NCBI GenBank assembly: GCA_965198065.1
Contig: CBDAON010000004.1
Location: 1,120,001-1,184,000 of the forward strand
Source of the DNA: Longimicrobiales bacterium
Lineage (GTDB): Bacteria; Gemmatimonadota; Gemmatimonadetes; Longimicrobiales; Gaopeijiaceae
Direction of reading: 5' to 3'
DNA: 64,000 nt
Shown: piece by piece, positions 55,759-64,000 of the stretch
Layout of the letters: each line of letters opens with the position of its first letter
Position numbering within the stretch: position 1 is the first letter of the stretch
Program-made: the position numbers and the translations under genes
Notes under the pieces: generated by a model
Seen by the model: the letters and a program-made list of their open reading frames with translations, nothing else
Databases searched by the model: none
Told to the model about the DNA's origin: nothing

Positions 55759-58321
55759 CGTCATCCTCCGCCGGCTCGAGGGGTCCCAGCGGCACCAGGG
55801 TCCGTACCAGCTGGGCCTCGGGCACGGACTCGGGGAGCTCCGGGTGCGCCAGGAGAAACGCCCGGAAGTCCCCGATGTCGTACGCGCCGCTCGCGTTTCC
55901 CCAGCGGTCGAGGAACCACTGTTGTAGCGGGGTCGGGCCCACGCCCGATTCGATGAACGGGCCCACGAGGGTGGAGGCCCCGAGGCGGGGAGGGCCGACG
56001 TCGAGAACGATCGTTCCCCTCGCCTCGAGCCCGATGGCGTCTTGAGCGAGGATCTGGAGTGGAAAGGCCCCTGTCTCCATGGCGCCGCCCAAGATCCTCC
56101 CGCTGGCCCCATCCAAGATGAGACCGTCGGGGAGCGTCCCCTCTTCGAGCGTCCACGTCACGGGAACATTGGCGTTCAAGACCTGGAAGGCGATCTCGCC
56201 GGGCGTCGCGGCCTCGAGCGACACCCGCTCCGCCGTCTCAGCGAGGGCGTACGTCACGTCGAACCGCGCCTCGACGTCCACCGCGGTCCCCACGGTGAGC
56301 GTTGCCGGGTTCAGGCTTCCGGCCACGGCGCCCATCCACTCAAGGAAGGAGAAGCCCGTCCGCGGGGTGGCCTCGAGGAAGACCTCCGTCCCCTCCGCGA
56401 ACCAGAACCCTTCCGAAGCGGGAACGGACACGACGCTCCCGGGCGAGATCCCCGCCACGGGTGCAGTCACGGTCACCCCGATCTGGACCTCCCGACCGGC
56501 GTAGCGGGCCACGAGCTCGGCATCCTGGAGGGGGGTCACGAACAGCCGCGTCCTCGGGCCTCCATCCGACCAGGCCTGGAACGGCGCGCGCGTGCCCGGC
56601 CCGAGCGGGATCCCCGGAGGCGCCGAGATCTCATGCACCTCGAAGGGGGCGGCAACGAAGGTGGTCTCTCCTCCCTCGCCCTCGGCTCCATCCACGTGGA
56701 AGCGGGGCGGGGCGAGCGGGGCTTCCTCCCACTCCGCCGCGAGAGACACTGTGGTGAATCCCGTGTGCGCCCGGAAACGCACGTCGCCCGGGGCCGGCCC
56801 GACGGCTTCGATCTCGGTCAGGGTGATCCCCATGGCCGACCCCACGTGGGTGCGGGAGAACGGGGGGTTCCCCGCGTGGAACTCCCGGTTCACCTCGCAC
56901 GCTTCTTCGGGATCGAAGTAATCCTCCTTTATGCAGCCGGGAAACGGATCGCCCCGGTCGCCCCGGTTCCCGCCCGGCAGCGCGAGATGGTTCCGCCCGT
57001 CCGCCTGCCGGAGCCACACCCCCAGCCGGGAGGCCTCCGCGTTCACGTTGTTCGACGCCCAGCGCGCGTCGAGGACCGCGGGGGCCACGTGCCACACCAG
57101 GAGGCCGGGCTCGGGGAGGTGGACGTCGGACCCCAGCGGCTGCCGGTTCTCGAGGAGGATGTACTCTCCCGAACCGTCCTGCGAGGGAATCCGAAGCGCC
57201 CGGCGGGACGACTCCACCGGCGGAAGGGTCACTACCTCGTCTGTTCCGGGCTTGATCTCCTCGACCTCCACCCACCCGAGCGCCGCCTTGCTCCATGCCC
57301 CCATGTGGCAGGGGCGGGACGGGTCCGTGCCCCGACACCCCCAGCTCCCCGTTCCCATCAGGTCCCAGTTCCCGCTTCCCCGGTGACTCTGGTCCCCCGT
57401 CGGGTACAGGTCGGGGAGACCGAAGCCGTGACCCAGCTCGTGAGCGAACGTCCCGATCTGGTTGAAGCTCTCCCCGTCGCACGCGAGAACAGGCTGCACG
57501 GTGTAGTCGTTCACGTAGATGACCCCGGGCCCGGCCGGCCGGGGGGTCGAGGTGGGGAGTCCGGGATCCAACCGGCCCTCGGTCGCGCGCTCCAGGCTCC
57601 ATCGGTGGGACCAGATCTGGTTCGTCCCCCCTCCAGCGCATTCGGCCCCGGGAACGGGGTGGATCACGGTGAGGAGGTCCACGAACCCGTCCCGATCCGC
57701 GTCGTAAACGCTCCAGTCCAGACCCGTCGCGTCCGCAGACCGCACCACGGCCTCGACGAAGGCCCCGATACCCTCCGTGCGGTGGGACACGAGCGCGCTC
57801 TGGTTCTGCGTGACTTGGGCACGGGTGAGGCCGCTCTGGACCCAGTCGAAGGTGGTGCCCTCTAGCTGGACCAACCCCCCGGAGAGCTCGGCATAGAACT
57901 CGGGAATCGTCTGGAAGTACGAGTTCGGTCCGTCGATCAGCTCCCGCTGGACCTCCACGCGGGAAAACGGGGGCGCCGGTCCGTCGGAAAAGAGCCCGAG
58001 TACGAGCGGAAAGCGGAACGCGCCCACGATCGGCTCCGCTCTGGGGCCGAGCGCCCGTGCGCTTCCTGGTGGGGCGGGCGGCACGCTCCCGTAGAGCCCT
58101 TCCCGGAGGCGCTCCAGGCGCTCGATCCCCTCGGACGAGAACCGGAACGACTCAGGGTCCGCCTCGAGCTGGCGGTAGTACCCCTCCGGCGGCCGGGTGC
58201 CGTAAATCTCTCCGAGGAGGACCACGTCCTGCCCGAGGGCGGGGCCCGCCCAAAGAACCGCGAGGGCGGCAGCCAACACGGCCCCCCGGACGGCCGCGGG
58301 AACACTGTCGAGTCGGCGCAT
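55751..58321 (-). CDS. M6-family (immune inhibitor A-like) secreted metalloprotease with Ig-like domains
   Basis: IWSHRW, AHELGHGFGLPDLY, WDLMGTGSW, LLENRQ, GLLVWH, and a He_PIG-like GTLPDGL repeat. Confidence 0.87.
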   Translation of the reverse strand: MRRLDSVPAAVRGAVLAAALAVLWAGPALGQDVVLLGEIYGTRPPEGYYRQLEADPESFRFSSEGIERLERLREGLYGSVPPAPPGSARALGPRAEPIVGAFRFPLVLGLFSDGPAPPFSRVEVQRELIDGPNSYFQTIPEFYAELSGGLVQLEGTTFDWVQSGLTRAQVTQNQSALVSHRTEGIGAFVEAVVRSADATGLDWSVYDADRDGFVDLLTVIHPVPGAECAGGGTNQIWSHRWSLERATEGRLDPGLPTSTPRPAGPGVIYVNDYTVQPVLACDGESFNQIGTFAHELGHGFGLPDLYPTGDQSHRGSGNWDLMGTGSWGCRGTDPSRPCHMGAWSKAALGWVEVEEIKPGTDEVVTLPPVESSRRALRIPSQDGSGEYILLENRQPLGSDVHLPEPGLLVWHVAPAVLDARWASNNVNAEASRLGVWLRQADGRNHLALPGGNRGDRGDPFPGCIKEDYFDPEEACEVNREFHAGNPPFSRTHVGSAMGITLTEIEAVGPAPGDVRFRAHTGFTTVSLAAEWEEAPLAPPRFHVDGAEGEGGETTFVAAPFEVHEISAPPGIPLGPGTRAPFQAWSDGGPRTRLFVTPLQDAELVARYAGREVQIGVTVTAPVAGISPGSVVSVPASEGFWFAEGTEVFLEATPRTGFSFLEWMGAVAGSLNPATLTVGTAVDVEARFDVTYALAETAERVSLEAATPGEIAFQVLNANVPVTWTLEEGTLPDGLILDGASGRILGGAMETGAFPLQILAQDAIGLEARGTIVLDVGPPRLGASTLVGPFIESGVGPTPLQQWFLDRWGNASGAYDIGDFRAFLLAHPELPESVPEAQLVRTLVPLGPLEPAEDDDG

Positions 58322-58329
58322 CGTGGGTT

Positions 58330-58920
58330 CTACCCCGACCCCCCGCCGGAACGCCCCCTTCGGTCCTCGCCCCGGATCCCGAGATCCGCCGCCTGTGCCC
58401 GAAGCCCGTCGATCACGTTCTGGATGTGGGCGGAGAGCTCGAGCCCCAGGAGCTCGGCGCCCCTCCTCACCTCGTCCCGATCCACGCCCGCCGCGAATGC
58501 CCTGTCCTTGAGCTTCTTCACAACGGACTTCGGGGTCAGGTCGTCGATCCCGTTGGGGCGCACCAGGCAGGCGGCCACGACGAGCCCGGAGACCTCGTCA
58601 CACGCGAGGAGGACCCGATCCAGCTCGGTCTCCGGCTCGACCCCCGTGAAATCCGAGCGATGGGCGAGGATCGCGTGCAGGATCCCTTCGGGGTATCCGG
58701 CCTCGCGGAGCGCATCCACGGCGCGGAGCGGGTGCTCGTCCGGGTGGCGCTCCCAGTCCAGGTCGTGGAGGAGACCAGCGAGACCCCACGTCTCCTCGTC
58801 AGCCCCTTTCAGGCGAGCGTAATGCCGGACCGCGGCCTCGACGGCCCGCATGTGAGAGCGGAGACCCTCGTTCTCGACCCACTCCCCGAGGAGCGCGAGC
58901 GCATGGTTCCGGTCGGGCAC
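58330..58920 (-). CDS. HD-domain metal-dependent phosphohydrolase
   Basis: HMRAVE, GLLHDLDWE, AILAH, ACDE, KDRAFAAGVDR. Confidence 0.88.
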   Translation of the reverse strand: MPDRNHALALLGEWVENEGLRSHMRAVEAAVRHYARLKGADEETWGLAGLLHDLDWERHPDEHPLRAVDALREAGYPEGILHAILAHRSDFTGVEPETELDRVLLACDEVSGLVVAACLVRPNGIDDLTPKSVVKKLKDRAFAAGVDRDEVRRGAELLGLELSAHIQNVIDGLRAQAADLGIRGEDRRGRSGGGSG

Positions 58921-58959
58921 TTCGATCTCCTCCGGGTGGAACGAGGCGGTCCGGACGGC

Positions 58960-59610
58960 CTACGCGGTCGAAGACGGGCAGAGCGCGGAGACAGGACAGG
59001 ACTGGCAACGCGGCTTCCGGGCCACGCACGTCCGCCGACCATGAAAGATGAGGAGGTGGGACAGGAGGGTCCACCGCTCGCGGGGGAACAGGGCCATGAG
59101 ATCTCGCTCGATCTTCACGGGGTCCCGCTCGCGCGTGAACCCCAGACGGTTCGAGAGCCGGCTCACGTGGGTGTCCACGACGACCCCCTCGTCCAGCCCG
59201 AACGCGTTCCCCAGGATCACGTTCGCGGTCTTCCGACCCACCCCCAACAGGGCTGTGAGCGCCTCCATCGTATTGGGGATCTCTCCCCCGTGGCGCTCGA
59301 CCACGGCGCCGGCCATCCCGAGAAGGCTCTTCGTCTTGTTCCGAAAGAAGCCCGTCGGGTGGATCATCTCCTCCAGCTCGGACGGGCTCGCCTCCGCGAG
59401 GGACGCCGCGTCGGGAAAGCGGCGGAAGAGATCAGGGGTGACCCGGTTCACCCGCTCGTCCGTGCACTGTGCCGAGAGGATCGTCGCAACCGTGAGCTCG
59501 TAGGCATTCCGGTGGTGGAGCGCCGTGTGCGCGTCTGGGTGCTCCTTCCTGAGGAGATCGAAGACCCGCGCCGCGCGCTCCGCGTTCCTAGCCCTGGACT
59601 CGCGGGGCAT
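58960..59610 (-). CDS. nth: Endonuclease III
   Basis: LSAQCTDERVN, GVGRKTANV, VDTHV, and the C-x6-C-x2-C-x5-C Fe-S motif. Confidence 0.95.
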   Translation of the reverse strand: MPRESRARNAERAARVFDLLRKEHPDAHTALHHRNAYELTVATILSAQCTDERVNRVTPDLFRRFPDAASLAEASPSELEEMIHPTGFFRNKTKSLLGMAGAVVERHGGEIPNTMEALTALLGVGRKTANVILGNAFGLDEGVVVDTHVSRLSNRLGFTRERDPVKIERDLMALFPRERWTLLSHLLIFHGRRTCVARKPRCQSCPVSALCPSSTA

Positions 59611-60431
59611 CAGGGCTCTTCCCGGACACGAACCCGCCGGAACGGGAGGGAGCTCGGCCGGGGGAGCCCTGGCTCCGCGGGAACCTCGGAGGCCCGGGGG
59701 CCGCGCTCTAGCTCCCCGACGAGGGCGGGCTCGCCGGCCATGTAGGCGAAAGCGCGGGCAGCGAGCTTCAGGGCCTCCCCGAACGTGACTACCGAGTAGA
59801 GAGCGTCGAGCTCTCCTCCCGGCAGGGTGGTAGCGAAGTCGTCTCCCCCCTCGCGCGCCGGCTCGTGGGGCCAGCGCGCCGCGTCCGCGAGTGGGACCGG
59901 CGGAAGCTCCACGACCGAGACGCCCGGGCGATCCGCCCGCACGCCCAGCGCGACCAGGAGGGAGAGGGTCTCCCCGGAGGAGCGGCACCAGAAGATTCCG
60001 TCGAGGGGCTCGGCGGGACCGTCCTCCTGCGGATGGGACCAGAAGAGGTTCCTGGGAAGCTGGAGGTAGCCCGCCGGGTGGATAAGCGCGCCCTCCCAGC
60101 CACGGAAGGCCTCGGGCCCGCTCCCGAGCAGCTGGCGGGCCGCTGGAGCCTCGAGCAGGTAGAGGGGCTCCCCGGCCATTCGGAAGTGATACGCCTGGAA
60201 CAGGAACGCTCCGTACCTCTGGAGCGCCTGGCCGCCCCGCTCCTCGCCCTGGATCCCACGGACGGCGAGGCCCACTTCCCCGAGAAGCACGAACGCCCCC
60301 GGGTCCAGCGCGTCTACCGAACGGCTCTCCGCCTCCTCCGCAATCCGGCGAAAAGTGTCCTCCGCGAATTGCCGGCCCGGGATTCCCACCTCGTAGGGGG
60401 TGAGCCGGGCCCACTCGTCCCCTCCGCTCAT
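59610..60431 (-). CDS. Hypothetical protein
   Basis: 273-aa ORF coupled to nth (GYLQLPRNLFW, EPLDGIF, LPGGEL). Confidence 0.75.
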   Translation of the reverse strand: MSGGDEWARLTPYEVGIPGRQFAEDTFRRIAEEAESRSVDALDPGAFVLLGEVGLAVRGIQGEERGGQALQRYGAFLFQAYHFRMAGEPLYLLEAPAARQLLGSGPEAFRGWEGALIHPAGYLQLPRNLFWSHPQEDGPAEPLDGIFWCRSSGETLSLLVALGVRADRPGVSVVELPPVPLADAARWPHEPAREGGDDFATTLPGGELDALYSVVTFGEALKLAARAFAYMAGEPALVGELERGPRASEVPAEPGLPRPSSLPFRRVRVREEP

Positions 60432-60527
60432 TGCGCTCGCCCCATCCGGTCCTTGGGGGCACTCGGTGGGCGCCTCGCTCGTCGTCGTGTCGCCGCTCGC
60501 CGTCGTCTCATCACGGCCGCCGGGCGC

Positions 60528-61286
60528 TCATCCGTCGTCAGGCCCGGGCGACCCCGGCGCGCTCCCGACTTCCCGGGGTTTCGCCTCGGACTCGAGAACC
60601 TCCGGAGATTGACGGCGCCAGACGCGCCACAGCCGCTCCCATCCCCCCACGCTCCGAAGGAGCACGAGCTGGAGCCAGCCGCCACCGGCGTCCAGATCGT
60701 GGATCCGAATGTAGTGGACGTCGCCCAACTCTTCCGGGCGATCGATCGCCCAGCACCGTCCGTCCCACTCGAACTCGATCGCCCTCGCGCGCTCAAAGTC
60801 GTCGGGCCGCCACGGCCGCTCGATGTATACGTCGCGTTCCACCCGGTAGACCGAGCGGGCGACGGGGAGCCCGGACTGGAAGTACCACGGGTCGAAGTCG
60901 AGCCTCTGCTCCCGCTTGTAGCTTTCCTCGAGTGCGTAATCGACTCCCTCAAGGGCATCGTCCTCCGCGAGGAACTCGAGGTGGTGCCGCAACTCGTGCG
61001 TGATCGTCTCCCAGAGCTCCTCCTCCCAGGAGAGGTCGGGGTCGCCATCCGCGACCTGGGCGAACGATCCGTAATAAAGGGCGAGGAACGAGCGGGTGCT
61101 GTCCGGACCTCCGTATCCCGAAGGATACGGCTCCGTGAAGCACATCCCCATCGTGTAGTAGTCCTCGTGATCGGGATGCGCCTCGGCCTCCCGGCGCACG
61201 ACGATCCCGTCGATCCCCTCCTTGTACTCCGCGGGGATCTTCTCCCACATCCGGTGGGCCTCGGCCTCGAATTCCTCGAACGTCAT
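60528..61286 (-). CDS. Zincin-like metallopeptidase family protein
   Basis: MTFEEF, LYYGSF, ETITHELRHHLE (HExxH). Confidence 0.78.
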   Translation of the reverse strand: MTFEEFEAEAHRMWEKIPAEYKEGIDGIVVRREAEAHPDHEDYYTMGMCFTEPYPSGYGGPDSTRSFLALYYGSFAQVADGDPDLSWEEELWETITHELRHHLEFLAEDDALEGVDYALEESYKREQRLDFDPWYFQSGLPVARSVYRVERDVYIERPWRPDDFERARAIEFEWDGRCWAIDRPEELGDVHYIRIHDLDAGGGWLQLVLLRSVGGWERLWRVWRRQSPEVLESEAKPREVGSAPGSPGPDDG

Positions 61287-61358
61287 CGATGCCGGGCTCC
61301 GGCTCGGGACCCCGTCACGCCCACGACCGGCTACGCTCCGTGCCTCTTCAGCGAGCTG

Positions 61359-62702
61359 TCAGCTCTGGCGATCTGCCAGGCTCTCTAGGACCCACTCCCG
61401 AACCCTGGTCTTGTCCACGCGGAGCTGCTCGAGCGAGTCCCGGTCCCGGATCGTGACGGTGCCGTCCTCCGACGTTCGGCCGTCCACCGTGATGCACCAC
61501 GGCGTCCCCGCCTCGTCCTGCCTCCGGTAACGCCGTCCGATGGAGCCGGCCTCGTCGTAGAACACCGGGATCACCGCCCTCCGGAGCCCGTCCACGATCT
61601 CCCGGGCGATCTCCGGGAGGCCGTCCTTCTTCACGAGCGGAAAGATCGCCGCCTTTACCGGTGCCATACGGGGCGAGAGGGAGAGCACGACCCGGGTCTC
61701 TCCCCCCACCTCCTCCTCGCTGTAGGCGTCGCAGAGGATCATGAGGACCGTGCGATCCACCCCAACGGCCGTCTCCACCACGTAGGGCACGAACCGCTTC
61801 CCGCCACCCGAGTCCACGTACTCGAGCCGCTTTCCGGAGTACTCCTCGTGCCGGCCCAGGTCGAAGTCGGTGCGGTTGTGGACGCCCTCCAGCTCCTTCC
61901 ACCCGAACGGGAAATGGTACTGGATGTCCACGGCCTTCTTGGCATAGTGCGCCAGCTCGTCCGGCCCGTGCTCGTGGAGGCGGAGGTTCTCGGGGCGAAC
62001 GCCGAGCGAACGGTGCCACGTCTGGCGCTCCTCCAGCCACCGCTCGAACCACTCCTCGTCCGTCCCGGGTTCCACGAAGAACTGCATCTCGGCCTGCTCG
62101 AACTCCCGGGTGCGGAAGATGAAATTCCCGGGAGTGATCTCGTTTCGGAACGCCTTCCCGATCTGGGCAATCCCGAACGGCACCTTCTGACGGGCCGCGG
62201 TCTGGACGTTCAGGAAGTTCACGTACGAGCCCTGAGCCGTCTCGGGCCGGAGATACACGACGGAGCTTTCGGTCTCCACGGGCCCCATGAACGTCTTGAA
62301 CATGAGGTTGAAGAGCCGGGCCGGAAGGAGGTCGCACTCCACGTGCGTGCCCGGCGCGAGCGACGGCTTCTTCCCGCACTCGCTCGTCTCGAGCGCATCC
62401 TCCCGGAAGCGCTTCTTGCAGACCCTGCACTCGACCAGCGGATCCGTGAAGCCCGCCACGTGCCCCGAGGCCTCCCAGACCCTCGGGTGCATGAGGATGG
62501 CGGCATCCACGCCCTCCACGTCCTCCCTCTGGTGGACCATCGCGCTCCACCAGGCTTCCTTCACGTTTCTTTTGAGCTCGATGCCGAGAGGCCCGTAGTC
62601 CCACACGGAGCCCGTACCTCCGTAGATTTCCGAAGATTGGAAGATGAACCCGCGGCGCTTGGCGAGCGACACGAGCTTATCCATCACGTCGGCTTCTGCC
62701 AT
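61359..62702 (-). CDS. glyS: Glycine--tRNA ligase (homodimeric alpha2 type)
   Basis: [51 protein letters not shown]. Confidence 0.96.
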   Translation of the reverse strand: MAEADVMDKLVSLAKRRGFIFQSSEIYGGTGSVWDYGPLGIELKRNVKEAWWSAMVHQREDVEGVDAAILMHPRVWEASGHVAGFTDPLVECRVCKKRFREDALETSECGKKPSLAPGTHVECDLLPARLFNLMFKTFMGPVETESSVVYLRPETAQGSYVNFLNVQTAARQKVPFGIAQIGKAFRNEITPGNFIFRTREFEQAEMQFFVEPGTDEEWFERWLEERQTWHRSLGVRPENLRLHEHGPDELAHYAKKAVDIQYHFPFGWKELEGVHNRTDFDLGRHEEYSGKRLEYVDSGGGKRFVPYVVETAVGVDRTVLMILCDAYSEEEVGGETRVVLSLSPRMAPVKAAIFPLVKKDGLPEIAREIVDGLRRAVIPVFYDEAGSIGRRYRRQDEAGTPWCITVDGRTSEDGTVTIRDRDSLEQLRVDKTRVREWVLESLADRQS

Positions 62703-62908
62703 GGTTCCTGTCGGGGGTGGGGCCTGGGAGCTCGGCGCCGGCCTCCGCCCCGGGGAGCCGAACGCAGGACGGGAAGGAGGCCCGCTTGGCTCATGAAGCG
62801 GATCGGGCCATGGATCGGGCCATGATGATAGGCGGGCGGTCCACCCCGAGCAACCGAACTCGGGACGGGGACCGCGGGTAGGATCGGACCTCGCCAATAG
62901 GAGCGAGG

Positions 62909-62947
62909 AGCGCTGTTCCAGAGCGATGTTCCCAAGCGATGTTCCCA
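62909..62947 (+). repeat. Three tandem 13-bp units directly upstream of the nfuA RBS
   Basis: AGCGCTGTTCCAG, AGCGATGTTCCCA, AGCGATGTTCCCA, followed by AAGGAG. Confidence 0.75.
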
Positions 62948-62960
62948 AAGGAGCGGTTGG

Positions 62961-63542
62961 ATGCTGACCTTCACGGATAAGGCGCGGGAGATGGTGCTGG
63001 AGTTCATGGACCAGAGCGGCGACGATATGCGCGCCCTGAGGCTACTAGCGAACGGAGGAAGCCCGCTCGCGCCGTCGTTCGAGCTGACGCTAGTCGAGAG
63101 CTCGGACCGGACGGAGGGAGACGTGGCGGTGGACGCCGGAGGCTTCACCGTCTTCGTGGATCCCACGAGCGCGGAGCGGTTGGGCGAGGCGCGGGTGGAC
63201 TTCGTAGAGCGGGTGAGCGAGAGCGGCTTCGAGATCGTTCCGCTCAAAGGACCGCTCGTGCCGAAGGAGCCGGGCGGGCCCATCGCGGACCGCGTGAAGA
63301 CGATCCTCGAGGAGCAGGTGAATCCGGCGATCGCCGCGCACGGGGGCCAGATCGACCTGGTGGACGTGCAGGGTACCGAGGTCTACATGGTCATGTCGGG
63401 CGGCTGCCAGGGGTGCGCCATGTCCAGGATGACGCTCCGGCAGGGCGTCGAGCGGCAGATCCGTCAGGCCGTTCCCGAGGTGACCGCCATTCACGACGTC
63501 ACGGACCACGACGCGGGGGAGACCCCCTTCTACGAGCGCTGA
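62961..63542 (+). CDS. nfuA: Fe-S biogenesis protein NfuA (degenerate A-type domain plus NifU-C)
   Basis: MLTFTDKA N-terminal domain without Cys, then [21 protein letters not shown]. Confidence 0.88.
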   Translation: MLTFTDKAREMVLEFMDQSGDDMRALRLLANGGSPLAPSFELTLVESSDRTEGDVAVDAGGFTVFVDPTSAERLGEARVDFVERVSESGFEIVPLKGPLVPKEPGGPIADRVKTILEEQVNPAIAAHGGQIDLVDVQGTEVYMVMSGGCQGCAMSRMTLRQGVERQIRQAVPEVTAIHDVTDHDAGETPFYER

Positions 63543-63615
63543 GGCGCGCCAGGGCCGAAGCGCGGATGCCTTCCTTCGCCCGGCTCCGCCTGGACGGCGC
63601 GTCGCCAGAGGTTCG

Positions 63616-64000
63616 CTAGGACGCGCCGCGGCCCGGCTGGGGGGGCTGTCCATGAGCCCCTCCAGGATCGGGGCCATCTCGCGCAGGATCTGTGCGGGAA
63701 GCGCGCTCGTAAACGTGAAGGCGTCCGCCGCCTCTCCGGGGACGTACGCCGTGATCACGCCGTAGTATCGGTCGTCGATGAAGAAGACGAGGGTGGAGGT
63801 GCGGTTCACGCTCCGCGACTCGACCTCCCTTCCTCCCGGGGCAAAGACCCGGTAGCGGTTGTCTCCGGTCCCCGTCTTTCCCCCCACCGTGAGAAGCGAG
63901 CCGTCCGGGCCGTGGAGCGCTCCGCTCATCCGCCTCCCCGTGTCGTTCTCGATCACGTCGATCATCGCGTCCCGGAGGACGGCGGCCACCTCTGCCGGCA
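63616..64000 (-). CDS. C-terminus of a penicillin-binding protein/transglycosylase; 5' part outside the window
   Basis: GGKTGTGDNR (KTG motif), NRTSTLVFF, FTSALP. As sequenced the frame runs to 63090 across nfuA; one extra base in the G7 run at 63639-63645 gives TAG at 63616. Confidence 0.75.
   Translation of the reverse strand, partial: AGRGGRRPPGRDDRRDRERHGEADERSAPRPGRLASHGGGKDGDRRQPLPGLCPGRKGGRVAEREPHLHPRLLHRRPILRRDHGVRPRRGGGRLHVYERASRTDPARDGPDPGGAHGQPPQPGRGAS

Noticed and set aside
1..64000. Numerous long Arg/Pro/Gly-rich overlapping ORFs; CRISPR, tRNA, rRNA, IS elements
   Set aside because: The overlapping ORFs are shadow frames typical of high-GC DNA. By eye I found no regularly spaced repeats, cloverleafs, rRNA or transposase motifs.

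Overview
This is a high-GC bacterial chromosomal segment. Gene content (SprA-like gene beside lptFG, alpha2-type GlyRS, lineage-typical hypothetical proteins) suggests Gemmatimonadota; that assignment is inferred. I found no rRNA, tRNA, CRISPR array or intact mobile element. The first ~8.4 kb is a sulfur-assimilation cluster: sulfite reductase, PAPS reductase, a CbiX-DR2241 chelatase fusion, uroporphyrinogen-III methyltransferase, and a coupled ThrC-like / MoaD-like sulfur carrier / JAB protease / ferredoxin operon. The main finding is that both sulfur operons carry the same unannotated 5' architecture. Each has a TTGACG-17bp-TAnnnT promoter, a tiny Cys+Met-rich ORF (MAMTAMCCAMCSC..., MRVARGYMCMCRCSM...), alternative hairpins, and a related intrinsic terminator. 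These look like ribosome-mediated attenuators sensing both sulfur amino acids. The rest is mostly housekeeping and envelope genes (lptFG, dapF, pepP, MacAB-like exporter with ECF sigma, priA, carB, nth, glyS, nfuA, peptidases). Oddities include a Ser/Ser DapF, a truncated pilB, a 1,949-aa SprA-like protein next to comEA, an M6 protease with a dockerin-like tail coupled to a possible cohesin-like lipoprotein, and an HDAC-family gene missing its Zn motif. Two single-base indels are probably sequencing errors.
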